Positions 40,096-50,539 of a DNA stretch of 64,000 bases are shown here, one piece after another. This DNA is from Dehalococcoidia bacterium. Lineage in GTDB: Bacteria; Chloroflexota; Dehalococcoidia; DSTF01; JACRBR01. The position numbers and the translations under genes are program-made. A model generated the notes under the pieces. The model ran no database searches and was not told where the DNA came from. It saw nothing but the letters and a program-made list of their open reading frames with translations. The stretch is taken from NCBI GenBank assembly GCA_041494685.1, contig JBGQBE010000001.1:1-64000 (forward strand), written 5' to 3'. Position 1 is the stretch's first letter, and every line of letters starts with the position of its first letter.

Positions 40096-40125
40096 GAAAC
40101 GGGCCGCGCATGCGCGGCCCGTTTC
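40096..40125. terminator. Palindromic (bidirectional) terminator
   Basis: GAAACGGGCCGCGCATGCGCGGCCCGTTTC between convergent genes. Confidence 0.8.
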
Positions 40126-40145
40126 GTCGTCTTCGACCCATCGCG

Positions 40146-41336
40146 TCAGCTGCCGTTCACGTGATGACGCTTCACGAACCGCTCCATGCGGTCCATCGCT
40201 TCCACGAGCAGTTCATACTGCTGCGCGTAGCAGATGCGTACGTGGCCGGCCCCGGCCTCGCCGAACGCTGATCCCGGGATGACCGCCACGCGTTCCTCCA
40301 TCAACAGGCGCTCGGCGAAGGTCTCGTCGTTCATGCCGGTGCTGCCGATGTTCGGGAAGGCGTAGAAGGCGCCGCGCGGCTCCGCGCACGACAACCCCAT
40401 CGCGTTGAGCCGGCTCACCACGAACATGCGGCGGCGGTCGTACTCGGTCACCATGCCGCGCACGTCCTCTTCGCCCGTGCGCAGCGCCTCGATGGCGGCG
40501 AACTGCGCCGGCGTCGGCGCGGACATCATCACGTACTGGTGCACCTTCATCATCGCTTCGGTCAACTCGCTGCGCGCGCACGTGTACGCCAGGCGCCAGC
40601 CGGTCATCGCGTACGCCTTGGAGAAGCCGCCCATCAGGATCGTCCGGTCGCGCATCTTCGGCAGCGTCGAGAAGCAGACGTGCTCGGTGCCGTACACCAG
40701 CCGGTCGTAGATCTCGTCCGAGATCACGAAGAGGTTGTGCTTATCGACGATCTCCGCCACGGCCATCAGCACGTCGCGCGACATCACGGCGCCGGTCGGG
40801 TTCGCCGGGTAGCCGATGAGCAGCGCCTTGGTGCGCGGCGTGACGCGCTGCGCGATCTCCTCCGGCTTCAGCACGAAGCCCTCGTCCGCGCGCGTCGGCA
40901 CGTGCACATACGCGCCGCCCGCGAGCGTCACGCATGGCATGTACGCCACGTAGCCCGGGTCCGGGCTCAGCACCTCGTCGCCGGGGTCGAGGATCGCTTC
41001 CAGCGCGATCATCAGCGCTTCGCTGACGCCGGCCGTGACGATGATCTCGGTGCCGGCGTCGTACTTCACGCCGTACAGGCGGTTGAGGTGGCGCGAGATG
41101 GCGGCGCGCAATTCGACGAGGCCGTAGTTCGACGTGTAGTACGTCTCCCCGTCCTCGATGCTCTTGATCGCGGCCTGGCGTATCTGGTTCGGCGTCACGA
41201 AGTCCGGCTGGCCGACACCCAAGGAGATCACGCCTTCCATGCTGGCGAGCAGGTCGAAGAACCGGCGGATGCCGGACGACGGGATGGCCTGGACGTGCTG
41301 GGAGATGTTGCCGCGATGCGTCGAGCCGTTACTCAT
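40146..41336 (-). CDS. Class I/II PLP-dependent aminotransferase
   Basis: PANPTG, SDEIY, SKAYAMTGWRL. Confidence 0.95.
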   Translation of the reverse strand: MSNGSTHRGNISQHVQAIPSSGIRRFFDLLASMEGVISLGVGQPDFVTPNQIRQAAIKSIEDGETYYTSNYGLVELRAAISRHLNRLYGVKYDAGTEIIVTAGVSEALMIALEAILDPGDEVLSPDPGYVAYMPCVTLAGGAYVHVPTRADEGFVLKPEEIAQRVTPRTKALLIGYPANPTGAVMSRDVLMAVAEIVDKHNLFVISDEIYDRLVYGTEHVCFSTLPKMRDRTILMGGFSKAYAMTGWRLAYTCARSELTEAMMKVHQYVMMSAPTPAQFAAIEALRTGEEDVRGMVTEYDRRRMFVVSRLNAMGLSCAEPRGAFYAFPNIGSTGMNDETFAERLLMEERVAVIPGSAFGEAGAGHVRICYAQQYELLVEAMDRMERFVKRHHVNGS

Positions 41337-41447
41337 CGTCTGCCCTGCGGGCGCGCTGCCTCCTGCGCCGAGTGCCCGCGGCCGTCCGCAGGTCGAACTC
41401 CCGAATATGGTACACGACGAGGCCGGAGCTGATCATCGTGCTGATCC

Positions 41448-41696
41448 CTACGTCTGCGGCACGCCCGACCACAGGTCCAGCTCCGGCACGTAGTACAGCA
41501 GCATGTGCGTGCCGTCGGCGAGCCGCACGCGGTAGCCGCGCCGCTCCACCTCGATCCACTCCGCAAGGATCTCGTCCACGTCCGTGCGTACGCCGCCCCG
41601 CTCGATCCACAGCGGCCGCCCGGGATACGACGCACCGGAGTGGCAGCCTACTTCGAGCGCGAATGCGCGCAGCCCGGCCTCTTCGTCAGCGTCCAT
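41448..41696 (-). CDS. Small hypothetical protein
   Basis: Overlaps the upstream gene; composition plausible (VDEILAEW...YRVRLADG). Confidence 0.6.
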   Translation of the reverse strand: MDADEEAGLRAFALEVGCHSGASYPGRPLWIERGGVRTDVDEILAEWIEVERRGYRVRLADGTHMLLYYVPELDLWSGVPQT

Positions 41697-41982
41697 TGCG
41701 CACCATGTACCTGTCGGCCGCCTGCTCGATCTCGATCACTGCGCCCTTCGTGAAATCGAGCAACTTGCGAACGTGCCCCGCCTCGAGGTGATAGTGCTGA
41801 TGCGGCGGCGGCACGCATGCGCAGTCCTCCGGCACGATGCGCGTCGCGAAACGCCGCCCGCCGATCTCCACGGCGAACTCCTGCATGGGCGGCGGGAACG
41901 TGCTCCAGCGGTCCTTCGTGATGAGGATCGTGCCCGTGTCGGCGTCCTCACGCGACAGCTTGCGGCGATACGGCTTCGGCAT
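41686..41982 (-). CDS. Small hypothetical protein with CxC/His motif
   Basis: MPKPYRRKLSRED...CACVPPPHQHYHL. Confidence 0.6.
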   Translation of the reverse strand: MPKPYRRKLSREDADTGTILITKDRWSTFPPPMQEFAVEIGGRRFATRIVPEDCACVPPPHQHYHLEAGHVRKLLDFTKGAVIEIEQAADRYMVRNGR

Positions 41983-42084
41983 AGCCGCAGGATACCGCGG
42001 CCGCCTCACCCGCCGCCCGCACAAAGCAGAGAGCGGGTACCGTACCGGTGCCCGCTCTCGCGTGTCAGTCTTGCCGCCTCAGCG

Positions 42085-42654
42085 TTACGGCGTCGCGAGC
42101 GCCCAGTTCGCTACCGCCTTGCCGTTCTCGTCGCCCGGCGCCTTGTCGGGCGCGTAGCGGTAGAGTGGCAAGCCGTCGTACGTCACCTGCATCGTGCCGT
42201 CGTCGCGCGTGATCACGCCCAGTCCGTCCACGCCATCGCCCGGGGTGGGCGTCGTTCCCGCGGGCACCGTGGCCGGCGGCCATGCCACGGCACAACCGTT
42301 CACGCATGCGCTCTTGCCGCTGTTCGCCGTGTCCTTCATGAAGACGTACAGCGACATGCCCGCGCTGTCGACGAAGCGCTTGGTACCGGTCGTGGCGATA
42401 TTGATCGTGGCTTTTGCGGCCGCCCCGGCCGCCGTCGTCGCAGCCGCCGCCGGCGTGCTTGCCGCGCTGGTCGCGGCGCTGGTGGCTGCGGCCTTCGTCG
42501 GCGCCGCCGAACTGGGCGGCGCCCCGGCCGACGCGGTCGCTGTCTTGTCTGTGCTGCTCGTGCCGCCGCCGCACGCCGCCGCGGCGATCACGACCGCCAC
42601 CATCGCCGCGCCCCACCCGAGGCGGCCCGTCCGTGAGTGCATCGTCCTGTGCAT
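42085..42654 (-). CDS. Secreted lipoprotein (COG4315/Lipoprotein_15 type)
   Basis: Lipobox AAAC, GMSLYVF.KD, C...C...WPP, QVTYDGLPLY; AGGAG RBS. Confidence 0.88.
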   Translation of the reverse strand: MHRTMHSRTGRLGWGAAMVAVVIAAAACGGGTSSTDKTATASAGAPPSSAAPTKAAATSAATSAASTPAAAATTAAGAAAKATINIATTGTKRFVDSAGMSLYVFMKDTANSGKSACVNGCAVAWPPATVPAGTTPTPGDGVDGLGVITRDDGTMQVTYDGLPLYRYAPDKAPGDENGKAVANWALATP

Positions 42655-42740
42655 AGATTCTCCTGTCGCTGTGATTGCCAACGACAGGTGTACGGCCGCC
42701 GCGCCGCTGTGGATGTACCGGGGACGAACGATTGGAGCGA

Positions 42741-44201
42741 TTACAGCGGCGGGTGTTGCGAGGCCCAGCCGGCCGTGCGCTCGTACGCGCGGGCGACGCG
42801 CAGCACGGTCGCCTCGTCGAACGGCTTGCCGATCACCTGCAGGCCGACCGGCAGGCCATCGACGAAGCCCGCAGGGATGGACGCGCCCGGCAGGCCGGCG
42901 ATGTTCACCGGCAGCGTGAAGACGTCGTTGAGGTACATCGCGTACGGGTCATTCGTCTTCTCGCCGATGCGGAACGCCGTCGTCGGCGTGACGGGGGCCA
43001 CGAGCGCGTCGAACCGCTCGAACGCCGCGTCGAACTCGCGGCGGATCACGGTGCGGACTTTCTGCGCCTTCAGGTAGTAGGCGTCGTAGTAGCCGGACGA
43101 GAGCGCGTACGTGCCGATCATGATGCGGCGCTTCACCTCCGTGCCGAATCCGAGGCCGCGCGTATGCTCCATGTTGTCCCACATGCTGGCGCCCTGCTGG
43201 TAGCTGAAGCCGTACTTCACGCCGTCGTAGCGCGCCAGATTCGCCGAGGCCTCGCTCGGCGCGATGATGTAGTACACCGCCAACGCCGCCTCGGTGCTGG
43301 GCAGCGGCACGTCGTACTCGACGCGGGCGCCCTGCGCCGCCAGCGCGTCAAGCGCCGCCTGCACGCGCGCGCGCACGCCCGCGTCCAGCGTCGCCGGCAT
43401 GTACTCGCGCGGCACGCCGATGCGCATGCCCTCGACGCCGCGCTCCAGGTCCGCCGTGAAGTCCGGCGTCTCGACCGGCGCCGATGTGGCGTCGTTGGCG
43501 TCGTGGCCGCAGATCGCGTTCAGGACGATCGCGGCGTCGCGCACGTCGCGCGTGAACGGTCCGACCTGGTCCAGCGAGCTGGCGAAGGCGACGAGTCCGA
43601 AGCGGCTGACGCGGCCGTACGTCGGCTTGATGCCCACGACGCCGCACAGCGCCGCCGGCTGCCGGATGCTGCCGCCCGTGTCGGAGCCGAGCGCGTAGAT
43701 CGCCTCGCCCGCCGCGACCGCCGCGGCCGAGCCGCCGGACGAGCCGCCGGGCACGCGCTCCAGATCCCAGGGGTTGCACGTCACGTGGTAGGCGGAGTTC
43801 TCGGTGGACGAACCCATCGCGAACTCGTCCATGTTCGTCTTGCCCACCATCACCGCGCCCGCGTCGAAGAGGCGCTGCACGACCGTGGCGCTATAGGGCG
43901 GCACGAAGTTCTCGAGCATCTTCGACCCGCACGTGGTCGTGACGCCCTTCGTCGTCAGCACGTCCTTGATCGCCGCCGGCACGCCCAGCAGCGACCCGCT
44001 CTCGCCCGCGGCGATACGCGCGTCGGCGGCGTCGGCCTGCGCCAGCGCGCGGTCCGCCGTGACCGTCAGGAACGCCCGCACTCGCGGGTCCACGGCGTCG
44101 ATGCGGTCGAGCGCCGCCTGCGTCAGTTGCCGCGACGACACCTCACGCTTGCGCAGCAGGTCGGCGGCGTCGTGAATCGTCAGGTTGTGGAGTTCGGGCA
44201 T
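42741..44201 (-). CDS. gatA: Glu/Asp-tRNA amidotransferase subunit A
   Basis: [36 protein letters not shown]. Confidence 0.97.
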   Translation of the reverse strand: MPELHNLTIHDAADLLRKREVSSRQLTQAALDRIDAVDPRVRAFLTVTADRALAQADAADARIAAGESGSLLGVPAAIKDVLTTKGVTTTCGSKMLENFVPPYSATVVQRLFDAGAVMVGKTNMDEFAMGSSTENSAYHVTCNPWDLERVPGGSSGGSAAAVAAGEAIYALGSDTGGSIRQPAALCGVVGIKPTYGRVSRFGLVAFASSLDQVGPFTRDVRDAAIVLNAICGHDANDATSAPVETPDFTADLERGVEGMRIGVPREYMPATLDAGVRARVQAALDALAAQGARVEYDVPLPSTEAALAVYYIIAPSEASANLARYDGVKYGFSYQQGASMWDNMEHTRGLGFGTEVKRRIMIGTYALSSGYYDAYYLKAQKVRTVIRREFDAAFERFDALVAPVTPTTAFRIGEKTNDPYAMYLNDVFTLPVNIAGLPGASIPAGFVDGLPVGLQVIGKPFDEATVLRVARAYERTAGWASQHPPL

Positions 44202-44203
44202 GG

Positions 44204-44491
44204 CTACTCCAGCACCGCCCGCACGCGCAGGTAGCCGTCCTCGGTGTTTGGTGCGAGCGCCAGCACCTCGTCCCGTGGCAGCGACGGGCGCGAGACGTCG
44301 TCGGCCATGACGTTGCGGAGCGGCAGCGTGTGCGCCGTCGGCTCCACGCCCTCCGTGTCGACGCGGTTCAGCACGTCGAAGTGGCCGATGATGTCCGAGA
44401 GCTGGGTGCTGAACGTCTCGACCTCGGCCTCGGTGAGCTCCACGCGGGCAAGGCGGGCGATGTGCAGCACCACGTCGCGATCTAGCTTCAT
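44204..44491 (-). CDS. gatC: Glu/Asp-tRNA amidotransferase subunit C
   Basis: VLHIARLAR...VDTEGVEPT...[14 protein letters not shown]; directly upstream of gatA. Confidence 0.95.
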   Translation of the reverse strand: MKLDRDVVLHIARLARVELTEAEVETFSTQLSDIIGHFDVLNRVDTEGVEPTAHTLPLRNVMADDVSRPSLPRDEVLALAPNTEDGYLRVRAVLE

Positions 44492-44610
44492 GCGCACCAG
44501 CGTAGCGGCTCCGCGCGCCGCGTAACAGGTTTCCAACGCCGGCTGGTGTTGGGAAGCGCCCGTCCCCAATCTGCTACCATGGATTCCGGCAGGGATGGTT
44601 GGAAGTACAT

Positions 44611-45366
44611 ATGGTGAACGCACCCGACAGGGCCCAGGTGGCCCTCGGGAACCCCAGCTTCGTGTGGCGGTTCGGACAGGATCGCCGCCTGAACCTCATC
44701 CGCCAGTACGCACCGCTCGACCGGGCGCGCATCCTTGACATCGGCTGCGGGCTCGGCGTCTACGTGCGGAAGTTCCGCGACCTCAGCGACGCCGTCATCG
44801 GCGTCGACGTGGACCGGAAGCGGCTGAGCGAAGGCGCGAAGACGGTGCCCGGTCTCATGCTCGCCGCCGGCGAGCATCTCCCGTTCCGCGACGGCTACTT
44901 CGACGTCGTCGTGCTCAACGAGGTGATCGAGCACGTGAACGACGACGCCGCGACGATGCGCGAGGCGTTGCGCGTGCTGCGCCCGGGCGGCCACATCGCC
45001 ATCTATGCGCCGAACCGGCTCTACCCGTTCGAGACGCACGGCATCTACCTGGGCAAGAAGTACGTCTTCGGCAACATCCCGTTGGTCAACTGGTTGCCGA
45101 CGCCCCTGCGCAACCGGCTGGTGCCCCACGCGCGCGCCTACACGCGCGCCGGCATCCGCCGCACTTACCGCGCCCTGGACGTCGACGTGCGCACCGAGAC
45201 GTACGTGTTCCCGGGATTCGACCAGATCATCGCGCGCCGCAAGCGCCTGGGCGCCGTGCTGCGCACCGTCCTGTACCGCGCGGAGCGGACGCCGCTGCGG
45301 ATGTTCGGGCTGTCGCATTTCATCGTGCTCCGCAAGCGCGGCGGCATGGCGGCGGTGGGGAGGTAG
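44611..45366 (+). CDS. Class I SAM-dependent methyltransferase
   Basis: ILDIGCGLG, LPFRDGYFD, EVIEHV, LRPGG. Confidence 0.92.
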   Translation: MVNAPDRAQVALGNPSFVWRFGQDRRLNLIRQYAPLDRARILDIGCGLGVYVRKFRDLSDAVIGVDVDRKRLSEGAKTVPGLMLAAGEHLPFRDGYFDVVVLNEVIEHVNDDAATMREALRVLRPGGHIAIYAPNRLYPFETHGIYLGKKYVFGNIPLVNWLPTPLRNRLVPHARAYTRAGIRRTYRALDVDVRTETYVFPGFDQIIARRKRLGAVLRTVLYRAERTPLRMFGLSHFIVLRKRGGMAAVGR

Positions 45367-45375
45367 GAGGCAGAG

Positions 45376-48204
45376 GTGGCGAAGAACCCCGCGACAAGGC
45401 GCATGCTCCGCGACCGCATGCGCGCTACGGTTCCTGGAAACGGCAACGGGATGCCGCGCTGGCTGCAGGCGCTCCTCGCCCTGGCGGGGCTCGGCGTCAT
45501 CGCCGTTGCCGCGGCGGGAGCGACCGGCTACGGCGTCTACCGCTCGTACGCCAGCGGGCTCCAGCCGCCCGACCAGGTGATCGCGAACGAGCCGTCGGGC
45601 GGCGCGCAGATCTTCGACCGCAACGGCAACCTGCTGTACGAGTACGTGGACGACCGCTCCGGCCTGCGCTCACCCGTGAAGCTCGAGGACATCTCGCCCT
45701 GGATGATCGCCGCCACCATCTCGACCGAGGACGCGAGCTACTGGAGCAACCCCGGCATCAACACCCGCGGCATGGTGCGCGCCGGGCTGGAGGCGCTGCA
45801 CCTGAAGAGCGCGGATGCCGCGAACACCACCGGCGGCAGCTCGATCACACAGCAGCTCGTGAAGAACGTCTACATCGCGCCGAAAGACCGCTACGCGCGC
45901 TCGTACAGCCGCAAGATCAAGGAGACGGTGTACGCGATCGAGCTGACCAACCGCTACTCCAAGAACCAGATCCTGGAGTGGTACCTCAACCAGATCTCGT
46001 ACGGCGGCCTCTACAACGGCGTCGAGGCGGCGGCGCAGGGGTACTTCGGCAAGAGTGCGAAAGACCTGACGTTGCCGGAGGCGGCGCTGCTGGCCGGCAT
46101 CCCCGCCGGCCCCAGCAGCTACGACCCGATCAACCACCCCGAAGCGGCGATCGCCCGCCGCAACGAGGTGCTGCGCCTGATGAAGTCGCGCAACCGCGTC
46201 GACGTGCCGGGCGAGAACGGCGACACGCTCCCGGCGTCGCGCTACCAGGTGAACGAGGACGGCGCCACCGTCGACGCGACCGACACGGCGTTCTACCTCT
46301 CGACGCTGGCTCCGCTGAACATCACCAAGCAGCGGTTCCCGGTCAAGGCGCCGCACTGGGTGTTCGACGTGATCGAGCCGCGGCTGCGGGCGATGTTCGG
46401 CGAGGAGGCGCTGTACCGCGGCGGCCTGCGCGTCACCACCACCATCGACGTGAACCTGCAGCAGAAGGCGCAGGACATCCTGGAGAACTGGATCAGCCAG
46501 TTCGAGGAGTCATCCGACGCGCACAACGGCGCTCTCGTGGCGATCGACCCGCGCACGTCGGAGATCATCACCTACGTCGGCTCGCGCGACTACTTCCGCG
46601 ATGACATCCAGGGCAAGAACGACAACGCCCAGGCGCTCAACTCGCCAGGATCCACGCTCAAGCCCTTCACCTACGAGACCGCCTTCGAGGAACTCGGCTG
46701 GGGCCCCGGCACGGAGATCCTGGACACGCCGATCACGTACAAGGACGGCGACAAGGACTTCACTCCTTCGAACCCCAGCCACGACTTCCACGGTCCGATC
46801 ACCGCGCACGACGCGCTCGGCAACTCTCTGAACATCCCGGCGTTCAAGACGGCGCTCTATGCGGGCGTGCCTAACGTCGTGGACGAATACAAGAAGTTCG
46901 GGCTCACTACGCTCGACCGAGGTGGCTACGGTCCATCCGTCACGCTGGGCGGCGTGGACATCAAGCTGATCGACGTGACGTATGCCTACACGGTGCTGGC
47001 GAACATGGGCATCATGCGCGGCGTGGAGACGACGGAGACGAGGACAGAGGGCAACCGCACGCTCGACCCGGTCGCGATCTTGCAGATCACCCGCGCGAAC
47101 GGCGACGTGGTCTACCCGAAGACGGACGACCACCGCGTCAAGGTGCAAGAGAAGAAGATCGTCGAGCCGCAGTACGCGTACATGATCGACAGCATCCTCT
47201 CCGACCCCAGCGCGTTCTGCCTGACGTACGGCTGCGGCGCGCTCAGCATCGGCCGCCCGTGGGGCGTGAAGACCGGCACCAGCGAGCCGTTCGAGGACAG
47301 CCACGCGATCGGCGAGACGTGGACGTACGGATTCACGCCGGACCTGGTGACCGGCGTCTGGGCCGGCAACGCCGACAACTCGCCCGTGCACAACATTACC
47401 TCCACGTCGATCTCGTACCGCGCCGTGCGGGATTTCATGGAAGAAGCGCTGAAGGACACGCCGGCCAGCACCTTCGATCGGCCGCCTGGCCTGGTCAACG
47501 TCGATACCTGCACGCCGTCCGGCCTGAAGGCCGGCCCGGAGTGCGGCCGCCCGGTGCACAACCTGCTCCCGGAGGCGACCGCACCGCAGAAGGAAGATGA
47601 CTGGTGGCGCAAGGTGAAGGTCGACATCCGTAACGGCTTGCTTGCCACGGAGCTGACGCCGCCGCAGTTCGTCCAGGAGCGCGTCGGGCTCGCCCTGCCG
47701 GAGAACCTCGCGCACCTCACGTGTGACAACCCCACGGCCTCGCACGACTGCTTCCTGCAGGCGCAGGCGAACGAGTGGATCAAGGTGCTGAACGCCAACG
47801 CCGCACCGACGGACAAGAGCAACGGGCAGGCGCCCGTCCGCATCGACACGCCGAAGAACGGCGAGAAGGTCGGCTCCGTCGTCCAGATCACCGGCATGGC
47901 CGACACACCGGACTTCGTCGCGTATCGCCTCGAGTTCGGCGCGGTCGACTCGCCGACGAGTCCGCCACTGGCATGGAACCTGATCATCCGCTCTGAGACA
48001 AAGCAACCGGGCGGCGGGCTGGGGCTGTGGAACACGACCGGCCTGCCCGATGGCCTCTACACGGTCCGGCTCGTGCTTGAAGACAAGACGCGTGGGGAAC
48101 TCTCCACGTACGTCTCCGTGCAGGTGGGCGCCGGCAACATCCGCCACTCGCCGACGCCGCTGCCCACGCCAACACCGCTTAGCCTCGGCGGCGGCGACAA
48201 CTGA
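45376..48204 (+). CDS. Class A penicillin-binding protein (transglycosylase-transpeptidase)
   Basis: TED, GGSSITQQLVK, RKIKE, YLN; STLK, SLN and KTG motifs; C-terminal Ig-like domain. Confidence 0.93.
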   Translation: MAKNPATRRMLRDRMRATVPGNGNGMPRWLQALLALAGLGVIAVAAAGATGYGVYRSYASGLQPPDQVIANEPSGGAQIFDRNGNLLYEYVDDRSGLRSPVKLEDISPWMIAATISTEDASYWSNPGINTRGMVRAGLEALHLKSADAANTTGGSSITQQLVKNVYIAPKDRYARSYSRKIKETVYAIELTNRYSKNQILEWYLNQISYGGLYNGVEAAAQGYFGKSAKDLTLPEAALLAGIPAGPSSYDPINHPEAAIARRNEVLRLMKSRNRVDVPGENGDTLPASRYQVNEDGATVDATDTAFYLSTLAPLNITKQRFPVKAPHWVFDVIEPRLRAMFGEEALYRGGLRVTTTIDVNLQQKAQDILENWISQFEESSDAHNGALVAIDPRTSEIITYVGSRDYFRDDIQGKNDNAQALNSPGSTLKPFTYETAFEELGWGPGTEILDTPITYKDGDKDFTPSNPSHDFHGPITAHDALGNSLNIPAFKTALYAGVPNVVDEYKKFGLTTLDRGGYGPSVTLGGVDIKLIDVTYAYTVLANMGIMRGVETTETRTEGNRTLDPVAILQITRANGDVVYPKTDDHRVKVQEKKIVEPQYAYMIDSILSDPSAFCLTYGCGALSIGRPWGVKTGTSEPFEDSHAIGETWTYGFTPDLVTGVWAGNADNSPVHNITSTSISYRAVRDFMEEALKDTPASTFDRPPGLVNVDTCTPSGLKAGPECGRPVHNLLPEATAPQKEDDWWRKVKVDIRNGLLATELTPPQFVQERVGLALPENLAHLTCDNPTASHDCFLQAQANEWIKVLNANAAPTDKSNGQAPVRIDTPKNGEKVGSVVQITGMADTPDFVAYRLEFGAVDSPTSPPLAWNLIIRSETKQPGGGLGLWNTTGLPDGLYTVRLVLEDKTRGELSTYVSVQVGAGNIRHSPTPLPTPTPLSLGGGDN

Positions 48205-48229
48205 TCCGGTAGGCGACCGTCGCCGGGAG

Positions 48230-48350
48230 CACAAAGAGGGGAGGGTTTGCACCCTCCCTTCTTCGTTGTCGAGGCATTCAGGGAGTTCCTGGCAGAGGAC
48301 CCGTGACTGCCCCCCTGAGGCGGCGAACGCTTCACCTACTCACGGGTCTT
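48230..48350 (-). ncRNA. Candidate stand-alone structured sRNA
   Basis: Upstream TTGTAA-N18-GATACT, internal pairings forming a pseudoknot, terminator GGGAGGGT-GCAA-ACCCTCCC; no credible ORF. Confidence 0.5.
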
Positions 48351-48437
48351 GAGTATCTCACGTACGCGAGGGTATTTACAATCCCGTGAGCAACGTCACG
48401 CGTGATTTCGCACGAATGTTGACGAAGCACCGCGCGC

Positions 48438-50444
48438 CTACTTGAAGCTGGCGGACTTCTGCGGGCTGTCATCCGTTATGTCGTACTGATACCGCGCGTC
48501 TTCCAGCGCCGTCACCGCCACCGCGATGGGCCGCGACGCCGGCAGCGACCCTGCCCGCAGTACCAGCACGCACGAGCCGCCGGCATCGGTCGAGCACTCC
48601 GTCACCTGTGTCGCTTCGTGCAGGAAGTGGTCCGGCAGCGGTGCGCCGCTCCACGCACCCAGCACCCGCACGCCGGATGCCGGCTTCTCGTCCGGCCCGG
48701 CTACGGTGACGATGAACTGCAGCAGGCCTCCCGCCTCGGTTGTCTGCGCCGAGACGACGTGCACGCCCTTCCCGGGCGCCGGTGCCGGCGGCGGCGCGGG
48801 CGCGCGCGTCCCCGCGTTCAGGAAGTCTTCGTACACGATCGTGGCGTAGAGCCACTGCCCGTCCTGCCCCAACGACGTCCCGCCCGACTGCGGCGAGTCG
48901 TAGAACGCCAGCCCCGACTGGAAGCCGCTCACGATCGTGGCAAACGGACGCGTGCGCACCCACCACCACTGCGACCACGGCCGCGCCGCGCGCACGCCGG
49001 TACCCGTCAGCAGCGACGCCGCCGCGAACGGGCCGCCCGCCTCGCCCGCGACACGCTCCGCCGGGATGCCGGCGTTGAGCCCGCCGACCCACGCCAGGCC
49101 GGCCGTCGCGGCCTGCTCCAACGCCGCGTCCTTCGCCATCTGCCCCAGGTACACCGCGTCGATGGTGCGCGCGATGATCCAGCCATTGCCGACGCTGCCA
49201 CCATCACCCTCGCCCGGCGGCGCCTCAGTCGCGACGTTGTCCCACTGCGCCGCCGGCGTCGTGTTGCGGGCGGCATCGGCTACGCCCGGCGCGACGATCT
49301 GGAAGACGTTCTTGTCGAGCATCTCGCGATACTGCAGCGCCACCTTGCGCGCCGTCTGCACCCAGAAGTCGCGGTCCTGGGCCGTGGGGATGTCGCGCCA
49401 CATGCGGAACATCGCTTCGAAGTGCGGCAGCGTGTCGAAGCTGCTGCGGCCCATCGTGCGCAGGTCGTACGACTCGGCCTCCTGCCGCACGGCCTTCGTG
49501 GCCGCCTCGAGCATCGCCGGGTCGCCTCCGTACTTGTAGAAGTCGTAGTCAACCGCGGCGCGAAGCGCCGGCGGATACTGCTCCGGCGCGTGGGCCAGCA
49601 GCCACTCCTCCGAGAGCTGCGCGCGGCGGTACGCCCGCTCCGCCTGGTCCCGCTCGTCACCCTGCATCGTCGCCGCGAATCGCGCGAGGCCGCGCATGCC
49701 GGCCGCCGTGTTGGCCGCGTCGTCGTTGTTGTACGGCCGGGTCGCCGACTCGAACTGAAACTTACCGGTGCCGGGATCGCTCGCGAGGAGCAGGTAGTCC
49801 GCCGCGCGGTCGATCAACTGCCTGATGTGTGTGCGCTGCTGGTCGCTCAGCACGACGCGACGGCGCGCGTACGACTCCGCCAGCCCAACCAGGTAGTCCG
49901 AGGTCGCGGGCACGCCGCCCGTGCCGCCGTTGCCGTCATAGAATCCGTAGTCGAGCTGGATCGGCGCGCTGCGGGCGTCGCCGCCATCGAACGCCACGGC
50001 GCTGAACGTCGTCTGGAACGCCAGGAACGTGTCGATGCGAAACGGCTCCGTCGCGAGATGCAGCTCCGGCGCGTCGACGACGATGCGGTACTCGCCGGGC
50101 TGGGTCACCTTCGAGAAGTCCGCGAGCCACAGCGGGATACCGTACGCCGTCCCGGCGTAGCTCGCGCGGCCCGCTGCGCGCCGTTGGCCCTTCGCGTCCA
50201 CGAGCTGCCACGCGAACGCCAGCGCCTCGCTGGCGCGGGCCTCCGTATCGTTCTGGCGGATCAGCAGGTGTTTGGTCGCCGCGCTCTCGTACCCCAGCGT
50301 GCTGTAGAGCAGCGTGTACTTCTGGTTGCCGGAGCGCACCTCGCCGCCGATGCGCACCGTCGCCGCGCTGCCGCCGCAGCCGCTCGCGGCGATCGTCGCG
50401 CCCGCGACGATCGCGGCGGCGAGCAGGTAGCAGATGCGCCTCAC
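48438..50444 (-). CDS. Lipoprotein with GH9-like Ig plus (alpha/alpha) barrel architecture
   Basis: GGAGG RBS, lipobox ASGC, LGYE...K, WLADFS...PGEY (cellulase N-terminal Ig-like), GLNAG. Confidence 0.7.
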   Translation of the reverse strand: MRRICYLLAAAIVAGATIAASGCGGSAATVRIGGEVRSGNQKYTLLYSTLGYESAATKHLLIRQNDTEARASEALAFAWQLVDAKGQRRAAGRASYAGTAYGIPLWLADFSKVTQPGEYRIVVDAPELHLATEPFRIDTFLAFQTTFSAVAFDGGDARSAPIQLDYGFYDGNGGTGGVPATSDYLVGLAESYARRRVVLSDQQRTHIRQLIDRAADYLLLASDPGTGKFQFESATRPYNNDDAANTAAGMRGLARFAATMQGDERDQAERAYRRAQLSEEWLLAHAPEQYPPALRAAVDYDFYKYGGDPAMLEAATKAVRQEAESYDLRTMGRSSFDTLPHFEAMFRMWRDIPTAQDRDFWVQTARKVALQYREMLDKNVFQIVAPGVADAARNTTPAAQWDNVATEAPPGEGDGGSVGNGWIIARTIDAVYLGQMAKDAALEQAATAGLAWVGGLNAGIPAERVAGEAGGPFAAASLLTGTGVRAARPWSQWWWVRTRPFATIVSGFQSGLAFYDSPQSGGTSLGQDGQWLYATIVYEDFLNAGTRAPAPPPAPAPGKGVHVVSAQTTEAGGLLQFIVTVAGPDEKPASGVRVLGAWSGAPLPDHFLHEATQVTECSTDAGGSCVLVLRAGSLPASRPIAVAVTALEDARYQYDITDDSPQKSASFK

Positions 50445-50539
50445 GCCCGGGCCTCCAGCCTCTCCGCCGGGCGCATCCGCGCGCCCGCATCCGCGGCGGG
50501 CACATGGTACACAACGCCTGCGCGAAGGCCGTTTCTTGT

